Below the pieces are notes generated by a model that saw nothing but the letters and a program-made list of their open reading frames with translations, did no database searches and was not told where the DNA came from. Made by a program: the position numbers and the translations under genes. This document shows positions 54,482 through 64,000 of a DNA stretch of 64,000 bases, one piece after another. Positions within the stretch are counted from its first letter, which is position 1. Every line of letters starts with the position of its first letter. Source of the DNA: Candidatus Enterenecus stercoripullorum (GTDB taxonomy: Bacteria; Bacillota; Clostridia; Oscillospirales; Oscillospiraceae); assembly GCA_018716015.1 (NCBI GenBank), contig DVKM01000036.1, positions 1,566 through 65,565 of the forward strand. Direction: 5' to 3'.

Positions 54482-56664
54482 GCCTGTCCACCTCCAGCCT
54501 TCTTCAGCATCCGCTCAATGCGGTCTGTGATAATCTTGGGCGGCTCCACCTTCGGAGCGTCAGGATGAAGCAGCCAGGTCGCCGCCCAGTGGGTAGGAGA
54601 TACCTGGAACTGGGGCGGCTGCTGAACGAAGTCGATCTTCATGGCGTACTTGTTCCGGTCTGCAAAGGCGTCACCCTCCGGGGGATAGATCATGTTGGGC
54701 GGCGTTCCGGGGATGGCGTCCAGCTTCTCCTTGGTATCCAGGTCGGGCATGGAGGACAGCAGCGCCCAGGTATACGGATGGCGGGGATCATAGAACACAT
54801 CGTCCGCCGTGCCGTACTCCACGATCTTTCCGGCGTACATCACCGCGATGTCGTCGGCCATATTAGCCACCACGCCCAAATCATGGGTGATGAAGATGAC
54901 GGACAGGTTCCGCTCCTCTTTCAACCGGTTGATCAGCTCCAGGATCTGTGCCTGGATAGTCACGTCCAGGGCGGTGGTAGGCTCGTCACAGATCAGGATA
55001 TCCGGATTGGCCGCCAGGGCGATGGCGATGACGATACGTTGGCGCATACCGCCGGAAAACTCAAAGGGATACTGGTAGTAGCGCACCCGAGGTTCGGGAA
55101 TGCCCACTTCCTCCATGAGCTGGATAGCCTTTTCCTTGGCCATGCTCTTGGTGACCTTGTAGACCACCTCGGAGGCCTTCGCCTTGAAGTAATCCACCAG
55201 TTCGATACTCCTGGCCCGGAAATCCACCTGGGATTCCTGGGCAATATACTTGTTGTAATGCTGGATCAACCGGTCAAACACCTGAACGATATCCGCCTTC
55301 AGCTCATCCAGGTCGTAGACCACCTTGGGCACGACCTTCCAGTCCACGGTCTTGCCCTTGGCAATGAGGGCGTCCCGCTTCTTGCTCTGTTTGGCGAAGC
55401 GGGCCTCCTCCTTGGGATTTTTGACCTTGGCGGCAAAGTACTTGTCAATGGCGCCGGACAGGCTGGTGCGGAAGGTGTAGGCTGTGCTGTCCTTCACGAT
55501 CTCCAGACGGTCAATGGTCTTTTCCACCTGGTCTGCGATCTCCTTGCACTGCTTTCGTGCAGAGGCCTTGTCAAAGCCGCCCTTGGCGTAAAACGCCTTA
55601 ACCTTTTCCAGCTGCTCCAGCACAGCCTTCTTCTTCTCAAGGGCCGTGTGGTAGGAGTGGGACACCGCCTTGGTCTCAATGTCAAGGAACTCCAACATGA
55701 AGTTGTCGTTCAGATAGCGCAGGGCCATCTCATTGAGCTGCTCCACCGGCTTTCCGCTCAAGTCCTCGCCAGGATTCTTCAGTTTATAGTAGCCAATGCG
55801 GAAGAAATCCGGACGGGCCCGGCCCAGCAGCTCCTCCAGCAGTTCCTTGGTCTGGTTCAACACGCTCTCGATCTCCCCAGGCAAGGGCTGAACGTCTTCC
55901 CCATCCTTTTTGTGCCCGGACGGTGCGTGATAGTTGCTCTGTACCCGCTCCAAGTCCGCCGCCGCCTGGCTCAGGCGGGAGTCGTAGCCATGGGTGAGAA
56001 AGGGATCCTGGACCCGCTTCAGCTTTCCGGCAAACTCCTTCAGCGCGCCCTTGACGTCCACCTTGCGCCTGCCGGCCTTGAAGAGGAAGTCCTCGATCTT
56101 GGACACCGCTTCCTCCGCCACATGCAGCGCGTCATTATAGCTGTTCTCCAGCTTGATGGCCTCAATGTTAAACTTATCGAAAGTCCCGATCAGCTCTTCT
56201 ACCTTTGCCTTGCTCTGCTCGCCCTGGGCCGCGATCATATGCTCCTTCAGAGTGGCCAGCATAGTGTTGAAGTCCTTCCGGGCGGCCTTCCGGTTTCCCT
56301 TGTTCTTAAGCAGCATAGCTTCGGTGATCTGCTTGCCGATCTTTACGATGGGGTTCAGGGAGGACAGGGGATCCTGGAAGATCATGGAGATCCGGTCACC
56401 CCGGATGGTGCACATCTCCTCCTCGGAAATACGCAGCAGGTCTCTGCCGTCATAGATGATCTCGCCGCCCTCCACAATGGAGTTGCCGGCCAGGATACCC
56501 AGGATTGCCTTGGAGGTCACAGACTTACCGGAGCCCGACTCGCCTACGATTGCCAGGGTCTTGCCCTTCTCCAGAGAGAAGGAGATGTCCCGTACCGCCT
56601 TCAGGGTACCGCTGGCAGTTCGGAAGGAGATTCTTAAGTTTTTTACTTCCAAAACTTCACTCAT
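54478..56664 (-). CDS. oppD: Oligopeptide ABC ATP-binding subunit with ~400-aa insert
   Basis: GESGSGKS and MIFQDP, a long K/E-rich insert, then YPFEFSGGMRQR and DEPTTALD. Confidence 0.9.
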   Translation of the reverse strand: MSEVLEVKNLRISFRTASGTLKAVRDISFSLEKGKTLAIVGESGSGKSVTSKAILGILAGNSIVEGGEIIYDGRDLLRISEEEMCTIRGDRISMIFQDPLSSLNPIVKIGKQITEAMLLKNKGNRKAARKDFNTMLATLKEHMIAAQGEQSKAKVEELIGTFDKFNIEAIKLENSYNDALHVAEEAVSKIEDFLFKAGRRKVDVKGALKEFAGKLKRVQDPFLTHGYDSRLSQAAADLERVQSNYHAPSGHKKDGEDVQPLPGEIESVLNQTKELLEELLGRARPDFFRIGYYKLKNPGEDLSGKPVEQLNEMALRYLNDNFMLEFLDIETKAVSHSYHTALEKKKAVLEQLEKVKAFYAKGGFDKASARKQCKEIADQVEKTIDRLEIVKDSTAYTFRTSLSGAIDKYFAAKVKNPKEEARFAKQSKKRDALIAKGKTVDWKVVPKVVYDLDELKADIVQVFDRLIQHYNKYIAQESQVDFRARSIELVDYFKAKASEVVYKVTKSMAKEKAIQLMEEVGIPEPRVRYYQYPFEFSGGMRQRIVIAIALAANPDILICDEPTTALDVTIQAQILELINRLKEERNLSVIFITHDLGVVANMADDIAVMYAGKIVEYGTADDVFYDPRHPYTWALLSSMPDLDTKEKLDAIPGTPPNMIYPPEGDAFADRNKYAMKIDFVQQPPQFQVSPTHWAATWLLHPDAPKVEPPKIITDRIERMLKKAGGGQA

Positions 56665-56668
56665 ACGC

Positions 56669-58252
56669 TCACTCCTCCACACCGCGCAGCGACGGGTTGA
56701 ACGCGTCGCGCAGACCGTTACCGAACAGATTGAAGCAGATCATCAGAAGCGAAATGATAATGGCCGGGAACAGCATCAGGTGGGGATAGCTGGTCCAGAT
56801 GTTGCTGGCGGATGCCAGCAGGTTGCCCAGGGAGGTCACTGACGCGGTATTCAGCTTGACGATACCCAGGTAGCTGAGCATGCTCTCGGTGTTGATGACG
56901 CCGGGAATGACCAGGGCGCTGGCAGTGATGATGGTGCCCAGAGAATTTGGGAAGATGTGCTTCCAGATGATCCGCCGGTCCCGGGCGCCCAAGGTGCGGG
57001 CGGCTAGCACATACTCCTGCCCCTTAAAGCGGTAGAACTGAGTTCGGGTCCGGGCGGCGGTAGAAATCCAGCCGGTGAGTACGAAGGCAAACAAGAGGCT
57101 TGGGATAGCCCCCACCCTGGTGGCCAGGTGCATCTGGAACAGGGTGGCCACCACCACAAAGGGAACGTTGGCCAAAATGTCCACGATGCGCTCCAGCACC
57201 ATGTCCACTGCGCCGCCATAGTAGCCCTCAATGGCGCCGTAGATAGCGCCGATGACCAGGTTGATAGCGGACACACAGATGGCCAGCAGCACGGACAGCT
57301 TGATACCGTCGGCCAGGCGCAGGGTCAGGTCATAGCCCTGGCTGTCGGTACCCATCAGATAGTAGGGCTCAAAACCGTTGCGGTACTGATAGTAGTTATA
57401 GTACAGTACCCGCACCCGAAACTGGGCGGTCTCGTGGGTTCCGCCGCCGGTATACTGGTAATAGACGGGGTCGCCGTTCTCATCCCGCAGATAGTTATCC
57501 TCCAGCACCATGCCCTCAGCGTACTCGATGGTCTCCGTATCACCGTCGGCGGTGGTACGCACGGGATTGCCCCGGCTGTCCAGCTTGTACCAGTAGTTAG
57601 CATCAGCAGAATCCATGGTGTATTCGTTGTTGGCAATCAGGGGATAAAGTACCTGAAGGCCTGTCTCCTCCTGCCACTCCAGGATATCATAGTACTGAGA
57701 CTGGGGAATACTGAAGTAGAGGAAGCCCACTTCCAGATAGTTTTCAATGCGGGCGCTGTAAATCGTGCGGGGAGGCACGCCCCGGATCTCGCTGACCTGC
57801 CGGCTGCCCATGATATTCAGGATGGGCTGGTACTCACTGGCCATGCCCTCCTCCAGGGTCACAGTGCCGGAGCCCTCGCGGTCTTCGGCGCCCATGCCCA
57901 CAGCGACGGCCTTGATAATACCCTGCTCGGAGAAATCCCGGTTGGTGCCACCGTCGGCAATACCGATGTTGCTCAGCAGCTCGTTGCGGGGGGGCTTGCG
58001 GGAGTAGTAGGTGTCCATGAAAGTGGCGTTGTGGGTAGTAATGGCCAGAGGCGCGATAAAGGCAAACGCCAGGATACACAGGATGATGACAGCAGCCACG
58101 ATGGACGCCTTGTTCTTGCAGAAGCGGATCCAGGCGTCCTTGAAGTAGCCGATGGGCTTGTCCTCGAACTTCTTGTCAGAAATCCGTTCCCCGTGGTTGA
58201 CAAACTCAAACATGTCCTTGGGGATGTGAGTAAATTCAGTCGTATTCTTCAT
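56669..58252 (-). CDS. oppC: Oligopeptide ABC permease with large extracellular loop
   Basis: DAW.RF.KNK, GTDSQGYD, EYVLAARTLGA and FNLFGNGLRDAFNP motifs. Confidence 0.92.
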   Translation of the reverse strand: MKNTTEFTHIPKDMFEFVNHGERISDKKFEDKPIGYFKDAWIRFCKNKASIVAAVIILCILAFAFIAPLAITTHNATFMDTYYSRKPPRNELLSNIGIADGGTNRDFSEQGIIKAVAVGMGAEDREGSGTVTLEEGMASEYQPILNIMGSRQVSEIRGVPPRTIYSARIENYLEVGFLYFSIPQSQYYDILEWQEETGLQVLYPLIANNEYTMDSADANYWYKLDSRGNPVRTTADGDTETIEYAEGMVLEDNYLRDENGDPVYYQYTGGGTHETAQFRVRVLYYNYYQYRNGFEPYYLMGTDSQGYDLTLRLADGIKLSVLLAICVSAINLVIGAIYGAIEGYYGGAVDMVLERIVDILANVPFVVVATLFQMHLATRVGAIPSLLFAFVLTGWISTAARTRTQFYRFKGQEYVLAARTLGARDRRIIWKHIFPNSLGTIITASALVIPGVINTESMLSYLGIVKLNTASVTSLGNLLASASNIWTSYPHLMLFPAIIISLLMICFNLFGNGLRDAFNPSLRGVEE

Positions 58253-59211
58253 TTCTTCTTCCCCATTCTGATACGCGGATCAATGAATCCGTAGCTGATA
58301 TCCACAACGATGCCGGCCAGCAGGCCCACGAACACGTAGAACACCGTGTCCATCATGAACACATCATAGTCCAACAGATTAATGGACCGGATGTAGAGCT
58401 GTCCGACACCGGGAATTGCGAAAATTTGTTCAATGACCATAGAGCCCGCCAGGATCGAAATGAAAGTGGAAATGATCATGGGTAGGATGGGCACCATGGC
58501 GTTTTTCAGCGCGTGGCGAGTGGTTGCCTGGCTCCTGGTCAGGCCCTTGGTACGCGCCAGCAGCATATAGTCGGAAGTCAAAGTCTCTGTCAGCTCCGCC
58601 CGAGTGAACCGGCACAGGCCGGCAATCTGCCCGAAGGAGAGCGCAATGATGGGGGGAATCATACTATAAAACATGGTCCAGGTAAACCAGGACCCTCCGG
58701 CGTCCGCCAGGGAGGACACCGTCAGCGGGAACAGGCCCGCCTTGAAGTACAGAAAATACTGCACCAGAAATCCATATACATAGGACGGCACGGAAACGAA
58801 TACCATCACCAGAGTGCTGATGAGATGGTCCTGCCACTTGTTCTTGCGAACTGCGGCATAGATCCCCAGGGCCAGCCCCAGAGGGACCGACACTAGGAAG
58901 GAGTAGAAGTTGACTAGCACGGTAGGCCACAGACGGTCCATAAGCACGTCCCAGGCGTCCGCCCGGAACTGCACATACCAAGAGGTGCCAAAGTCCCAGT
59001 TGGTAAAGATATTTTTCAGATAGATGCCGAACTGCACCAGTAGCGGTTCGTTATAACCCAGCGCCTCAAACCGGGCCAACATCACTTCCCGGAGATTTTC
59101 CTCCATGGGCAGCTCCCGGGGCAGCAGCCGGATGAGCATGAAGCATATCGTCACGATGACGAAGAAGGTGAGGATCATCAGCAAGATCCGTTTCAGCACA
59201 TATTTGGCCAT
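58249..59211 (-). CDS. oppB: Oligopeptide ABC permease
   Basis: DFGTS, DY.LLARTKGL, HALKNA and D..YGFIDPRI motifs. Confidence 0.93.
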   Translation of the reverse strand: MAKYVLKRILLMILTFFVIVTICFMLIRLLPRELPMEENLREVMLARFEALGYNEPLLVQFGIYLKNIFTNWDFGTSWYVQFRADAWDVLMDRLWPTVLVNFYSFLVSVPLGLALGIYAAVRKNKWQDHLISTLVMVFVSVPSYVYGFLVQYFLYFKAGLFPLTVSSLADAGGSWFTWTMFYSMIPPIIALSFGQIAGLCRFTRAELTETLTSDYMLLARTKGLTRSQATTRHALKNAMVPILPMIISTFISILAGSMVIEQIFAIPGVGQLYIRSINLLDYDVFMMDTVFYVFVGLLAGIVVDISYGFIDPRIRMGKKK

Positions 59212-59358
59212 AGACTCGTCTCCTTTTCGGCCTCCGCAAATTCTCATTGGAGCCGAATGTGATCAAGACCCGCCGGGGGAAAAGCCGCGCCGGGCAGAGG
59301 AGGGAGCCCCTCCCCTGCCCGGTAGACTGATTTGGTTCGGCTCTGCGATATTTCTTTC

Positions 59359-61869
59359 TTACTCGTAGCTCAGGTTGCCACCCTGCGCAGATACTTCAGC
59401 TTCCCACTCAGCGTCGCTGTACAGGAAATTCATCAGCTCAAGACCGCCGAAGCCGTACATGACGTTGTAGTTCTCGGTGATGTACCGCACCTGGTAGGAC
59501 AGCATCTCACAAATAGTGGTGCCGCACAGGGGGATGCGGTAGAACTTGTTCAGATACTCCTCCTCCAGCAGAGCGGTGATCTGCAGCTTGGTCTCGTTGG
59601 AGGCGGTGGCAAACTGACCGGCGCCGATCATGGAGTTAGACCAATCCTGCCAGGTCATGGTGTACTCCTCGCCGTCCACGGTGAGGGTCAGGGTCTCTGT
59701 GGTGGGATCCCAGCAGCCCAACTCGTTGACCGCGTACTGGTCGGGGTCGCAGTAGACCTGCATGTTGCGGAAGGGATAGAAGTAAGCACCGCCCCAGGCG
59801 CCGTAGCCGATGGCATAAGTGCCGGCGGGTACGTCCGCATAGCGGTTCTCCAGGTTGCCCACGGCCTCCAGAGTGAGGGAGCCAAAGCCGGAGCCCTCCA
59901 AAGCGGCGTTGAGCATCTCGTTGAGCAGGGCCACCTGGTTGTTGTCCGGATCGGCAAGAGAGCCAGGCGCCCAGGCGACACGGATGTAGATGTCCTCGCC
60001 CTCGGTGTACAGCCCGGCCTCCACCAGCTCATCACAGGCCTGGGCCATCAGGGCCTGGGCCTCGGTAAGGTTGTAGCCGTTGATGGAGTTATAGGCGTCC
60101 TCCAGGGTGGCGTAGGGAGTGCCTTCGCCGTACTCCACGCCGTACAGATTGCAGATGGCCTGCATGGCGGCATCAGAATGACGGTAATTGGAGGTGGGGT
60201 CGTTGTAGGGGTCATAGTAGTACATGTCGTTCATCAGAGAGTAAGCCGCCACATAGCCAGGCGTGGCAGTGACATACTCATCCCGGTTGATGGCCAGGCT
60301 CATGGCGCGGCGGAAATTCTCATTGGACAGCACCACGCTGTTGGTGTTGCCGCCGGACACGTCCATGGTCTGCAGATCTTCCACATCGGTGTTGAAGAAG
60401 AAGGACATGGTATAGCTCTCCTGCTGCTGGAACAGCTGGGTGGAAGTGGTGTAGTTGGGCAACTCCTCGGCAGTGGGGCGCCAAGAGCTCAGATCGCCGC
60501 TGAGGAAGGCCTGCATGGCGGTGTTATCGTCCATGACGTCAACCACAATGCTGGTGGCCTGCCAGCGCTCCACGTTTTCGCCGTTCACCTCATAGGGGGT
60601 GTAGGACACCAGGTTGCCCTCTTCGTTACGCTCTTCTTCCCAGCCGTACCAGTTCTCATTGCGGGTAAAGACCATCTGGCGGTCAGCCTGATAGGATTCC
60701 AGAATATAGGGGCCAAAGGACATGGTCGTCTCGGGACTGGTGCCGTAGTTGGTGGTCACCAGGGTGCCGGAAGTATCCTTGCCAGCCTCATACGTTTCCT
60801 CATAGACCAGGTAGCCGTCGCGCAGGAAGGTCATGAAGTTGTTCAGGTCAATGTAGGCCTGGGTGACATAGCGCAGGGTGTAGTCATCCACCTTGTACAG
60901 GCCAACGGTGTCATCATAGTCCAGAGCTTCAGACATGGAACCATCGTTGTAGAACAGGGCCTCCTTCAGGTAGTTGGCCTGCTCGGCGGGATCGGTGATC
61001 CCAAATCCAGCGGACAGGATGGTGTTGACCACGGTCTCCACAGTCTCGCGGTTCTCGGCGGTCACCTGGGTGTAGCCGTAGGCGTCGGCGGCCTCAGCCA
61101 GGGAGTTAATCTGATCGTCCAGGCCAGCGCCAACCATGGAGTTCAGATTGCTCAGGCTGTCGCTGTACAGGGTCATATTGGTCGCAGTGACGTTGATATA
61201 AACCTGTCCGTCGGCAATCCCTTGCTCTAGATCATAGGAGTAATCGGGGGTCTCCCCTTCACCATAGGCAGGGACCAGAGGATTGTAAATGGGGCTGCCA
61301 GAGTTATAGTAGGCATTGGCGCCGGCCAGAGCACCCTCACCGCTGTACACCAGATTGGCCCGGTAGTTCTTCATGTCCGGGTTGAGCAGCTGCTGCATGG
61401 AGTAAATGTAGGTGTCGGCGTTGATGGGGGTGCCATCCTGCCAGGCGGCCTCTTCGTTCAGGGTGACCTCGTACACATAGCCCTCAGTGACGTCCTCGGG
61501 GTTGGTGCCTTCCGGCAGGGTGACATTGTACTTGGTCAGATCATCCTGATGGTCGGCGGTCACGTCGGTGACGGAGGTAGCCATTTCATACACCCACTGG
61601 TACACGCCGTTCTCAGTGTCCAGCGGCATCATGGTCACCATCTGGCTAGTAATATAACCCATGATACTGGAATCTGCGTTGGTCTCCCAGGTGTGGGAGT
61701 TCCAGTTGGTGCCCAGAGCTTCGGAATAGTCCCGGTAGGTGTAGCTGACACCTTCGCCGGTGGTACCGGAGCTGGGGTTTTCGCTGCTGTCGGTTCCAGG
61801 GTTGGTACAGCCGGCCAGCAGACCGACGCACATTGCCAGAGCCAGCAGCAAAGCCACAAGCTTTTTCAT
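59359..61869 (-). CDS. oppA: Oligopeptide ABC substrate-binding lipoprotein (very long, acidic)
   Basis: Lipobox LAGC; W.DG.PI.A..Y.YS, GPY.L and NFRRAMSLAINR motifs. Confidence 0.88.
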   Translation of the reverse strand: MKKLVALLLALAMCVGLLAGCTNPGTDSSENPSSGTTGEGVSYTYRDYSEALGTNWNSHTWETNADSSIMGYITSQMVTMMPLDTENGVYQWVYEMATSVTDVTADHQDDLTKYNVTLPEGTNPEDVTEGYVYEVTLNEEAAWQDGTPINADTYIYSMQQLLNPDMKNYRANLVYSGEGALAGANAYYNSGSPIYNPLVPAYGEGETPDYSYDLEQGIADGQVYINVTATNMTLYSDSLSNLNSMVGAGLDDQINSLAEAADAYGYTQVTAENRETVETVVNTILSAGFGITDPAEQANYLKEALFYNDGSMSEALDYDDTVGLYKVDDYTLRYVTQAYIDLNNFMTFLRDGYLVYEETYEAGKDTSGTLVTTNYGTSPETTMSFGPYILESYQADRQMVFTRNENWYGWEEERNEEGNLVSYTPYEVNGENVERWQATSIVVDVMDDNTAMQAFLSGDLSSWRPTAEELPNYTTSTQLFQQQESYTMSFFFNTDVEDLQTMDVSGGNTNSVVLSNENFRRAMSLAINRDEYVTATPGYVAAYSLMNDMYYYDPYNDPTSNYRHSDAAMQAICNLYGVEYGEGTPYATLEDAYNSINGYNLTEAQALMAQACDELVEAGLYTEGEDIYIRVAWAPGSLADPDNNQVALLNEMLNAALEGSGFGSLTLEAVGNLENRYADVPAGTYAIGYGAWGGAYFYPFRNMQVYCDPDQYAVNELGCWDPTTETLTLTVDGEEYTMTWQDWSNSMIGAGQFATASNETKLQITALLEEEYLNKFYRIPLCGTTICEMLSYQVRYITENYNVMYGFGGLELMNFLYSDAEWEAEVSAQGGNLSYE

Positions 61870-62266
61870 GTTCTTTCCTCCTAAGAATAAGTTTAGGGAT
61901 CTATACTGAACAAGGATTTTATCCTCTGTTCACAAAAGCAAGCCCAGCCCCAGGGGCAGGCTGCAAAAAGGGACGCCCCTTTTTGCAAGTTCCCCGCCGT
62001 CTTTAGGGGCTAAGCCAGCGGGGAACACATCATTGTGCAGGATTCGAGATTAAAACTTGCAATTTTCATCCTTGAATTTTACGCATTCAATTATAGCACA
62101 GATCTCCCTGAAAACCTACACAAACCCGCCCAGCCGGTTTAGAAATTCCCCCACCAGAAAACGCCCATTTTTGTAGGAAGTGCACAATATTTTGTCAGGA
62201 TCTCCCGCTGCCACCTTCCAGTCCGGGTGGCGGTCTATGCCCAGACCAGGCCCCGCCGAGCCCTGT

Positions 62267-63970
62267 TCAGAGGATGCCTGTCAAATCAAAGCTGTCCAGC
62301 CAATCGCTGGCCGCCTGGCACACTCCACGTAGGCACGCCTCCTCAAAGGGGGACTCCAGCCCGGCGTTTTTCAAAAGCTGGGTGAAGGTGCGGCTGCCCC
62401 CCTGACGAGTATAGGCCATGTAGTGGTCCCAGGCGTCCTTCCGGTCCTTCTGGATCAGGGCCCAGAACTGGAGGGACACGGTCTGGGCCAGGCAGTAGTC
62501 GATGTAGTAGAAGGGGCTGGAGTAGATGTGGTGCTGGCGCTGCCAGCCCTCCCCCTCGCTGTAAAAGGGAATCTCCCCGTCCAGGCGCATCCAGGGCATA
62601 TACACCCCCAGCAACTCCTTCCACACCGCATGGCGCTGGGCGGGGGTCATGTCCGGGTTGGCGTACACCTCGTGCTGGAAGTGATCCACCATGGTGCCGT
62701 AGGGGATGAAAGTCAGCGCACCGGACAGATGGCTGTACAAAAACTTTTTCGCGTCGGGGCCGAAGAAGCCGTCGGCCCAGGGCTCGGCGAAGAACTCCAT
62801 GGACATAGAGTGGACCTCGCAGGCCTCCATGGAGGGCCAGGCATACTCCCCGGGCACCCGGTCCCGGTTGGTCCAGTAGGCGAAGGCGTGGCCCGCCTCG
62901 TGGGTGACCACCTCCACATCGTGCTGCGTACCGTTAAAGTTGGCGAAAATGAAGGGGACCTTATACTCCCGGATACCGGTGCAGTAGCCGCCGGACTGTT
63001 TGCCCTCGGTGGACAGCACGTCCAGCAGCTCATTGTCCAGCATGGTGCGGAAGAACACGCTGGTCTCCGGGGACAGCTCATCGTAGAACTTCCTGCCCTG
63101 GGCCAGGATGTCCTCCGGGGTGCCCACGGGCTTGGGGTTGCCGGAGCGGAACTCCAGGGCGTTGTCGGCAAAGCTCATGGGGTAGGCCTTGCCCAGGCGC
63201 TGGGCCTGCTTGCGATAGACCTTGTCGGCCACAGGCACCAGGTACTTCACCACCGCGGCGCGAAACTTCTCCACATCCTCCTTGGTGTAGCAGTTGCGGC
63301 CCATGCGGTAGTAGCCCAGGGTGGTATACCCCTCATAGCCCAGCTTGCGGCCCATCTCGTCCCGCAGGTGGACCAGCTGGTCGTAGATGGCGTCCAGCTT
63401 CTCCTGGTTGTCCTTATACCACTGTCCCTCCGCCTTCCAGGCAGCCAGGCGGCGGGCGTCATCCGGGTCGTTTTTGAAAGGGGTGAGCTGGGACAGGGTG
63501 TACACCCCGCCCTCAAAGGGGATCTGGGCGGAGGCCAGCAGCTTCTCATACTCCTGAGTGAGATCATTCTCCTGCTGGAGCTGGGGGATGATCTCCGGGG
63601 AGAAGGTCTTGAGCTCCAGCTCGGCGTTGACAAACATCAGATCGCCGTACTCCCGGGCGAAGTCCTCCCGGAAGGGGGAGTTCAGCATTGCCCGGGTCCA
63701 GGCCTGGCCATACTCCTGAAGCTCCGGACCGGCCGCGTTCCAAAACTTCATCTCCTCGTTGTAAAACGCATCCCGGGTGTCAATGGAGTGGCGGATATGG
63801 GCCAGGGTACCCATGGTGCCCACATGCTCGTTGTATTTCTCGAACTCCAAAAAGACCGCTTTGGCCTGCTGATAGCCGGCGGCGTTCCGCAATTTTTCGA
63901 TATAATCTGACAAGGCGGCCTTAACCGTCTCCAGGTCAGGGCGCTCATAGGGCATTTCATGGAATTTCAT
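62267..63970 (-). CDS. M3-family oligoendopeptidase (PepF-like)
   Basis: GK.SGGYC, HEAGHAF, E.HSMSME and H.Y..PFYYIDY motifs. Confidence 0.93.
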   Translation of the reverse strand: MKFHEMPYERPDLETVKAALSDYIEKLRNAAGYQQAKAVFLEFEKYNEHVGTMGTLAHIRHSIDTRDAFYNEEMKFWNAAGPELQEYGQAWTRAMLNSPFREDFAREYGDLMFVNAELELKTFSPEIIPQLQQENDLTQEYEKLLASAQIPFEGGVYTLSQLTPFKNDPDDARRLAAWKAEGQWYKDNQEKLDAIYDQLVHLRDEMGRKLGYEGYTTLGYYRMGRNCYTKEDVEKFRAAVVKYLVPVADKVYRKQAQRLGKAYPMSFADNALEFRSGNPKPVGTPEDILAQGRKFYDELSPETSVFFRTMLDNELLDVLSTEGKQSGGYCTGIREYKVPFIFANFNGTQHDVEVVTHEAGHAFAYWTNRDRVPGEYAWPSMEACEVHSMSMEFFAEPWADGFFGPDAKKFLYSHLSGALTFIPYGTMVDHFQHEVYANPDMTPAQRHAVWKELLGVYMPWMRLDGEIPFYSEGEGWQRQHHIYSSPFYYIDYCLAQTVSLQFWALIQKDRKDAWDHYMAYTRQGGSRTFTQLLKNAGLESPFEEACLRGVCQAASDWLDSFDLTGIL

Positions 63971-64000
63971 CGCTGCTTCCTCCTGCCGTTTTGAAAGAAG

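Noticed and set aside
31595-61230. Very long antisense ORFs (e.g. 31595-33931, 39295-41886, 54454-56637, 59332-61230)
   Set aside because: They mirror well-supported genes on the opposite strand, lack recognisable motifs, and are the expected shadows of high-GC codon usage.
62061-62080. CodY box upstream of oppA
   Set aside because: AATTTTCATCCTTGA matches only the left half of AATTTTCWGAAAATT, which is too weak to call.

Overview
A GC-rich chromosomal segment, most consistent with a Clostridia/Oscillospiraceae-type Firmicute (inferred from gene content and sigma-A-like promoters). It is mostly core and cell-envelope DNA. Genes in order: WYL regulator, iscS, DUF3793-flavodoxin, asnS, a pseudouridine catabolism operon, DUF1538 with a tandem PII, DUF1643/sfsA, pit with DUF47, DUF368, metY, a ComEA-RR-HK-GerMN operon, a DD-carboxypeptidase, a trmB-GNAT fusion, tRNA-Pro(TGG), a CsaB-type cell-wall-polymer locus facing an SLH/phosphodiester-glycosidase gene, hcp, MoxR-DUF58-transglutaminase, a nimA-like gene, a second two-component system with a PepSY lipoprotein, and an Opp operon with enlarged subunits plus an M3 peptidase. 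I saw no CRISPR array, integrase, transposase or phage genes. The most interesting signals are non-coding or very small. They are a guanidine-IV-like riboswitch before the nimA-like gene, an unrecognised structured leader before DUF368, a candidate CU-rich sRNA with OmpR-type boxes, and an unannotated 37-aa membrane peptide after asnS. There are also several clear operators, an in-frame TAG in a lipoprotein gene, and gene remnants. All family calls come from motif recognition by eye; no database search was run.
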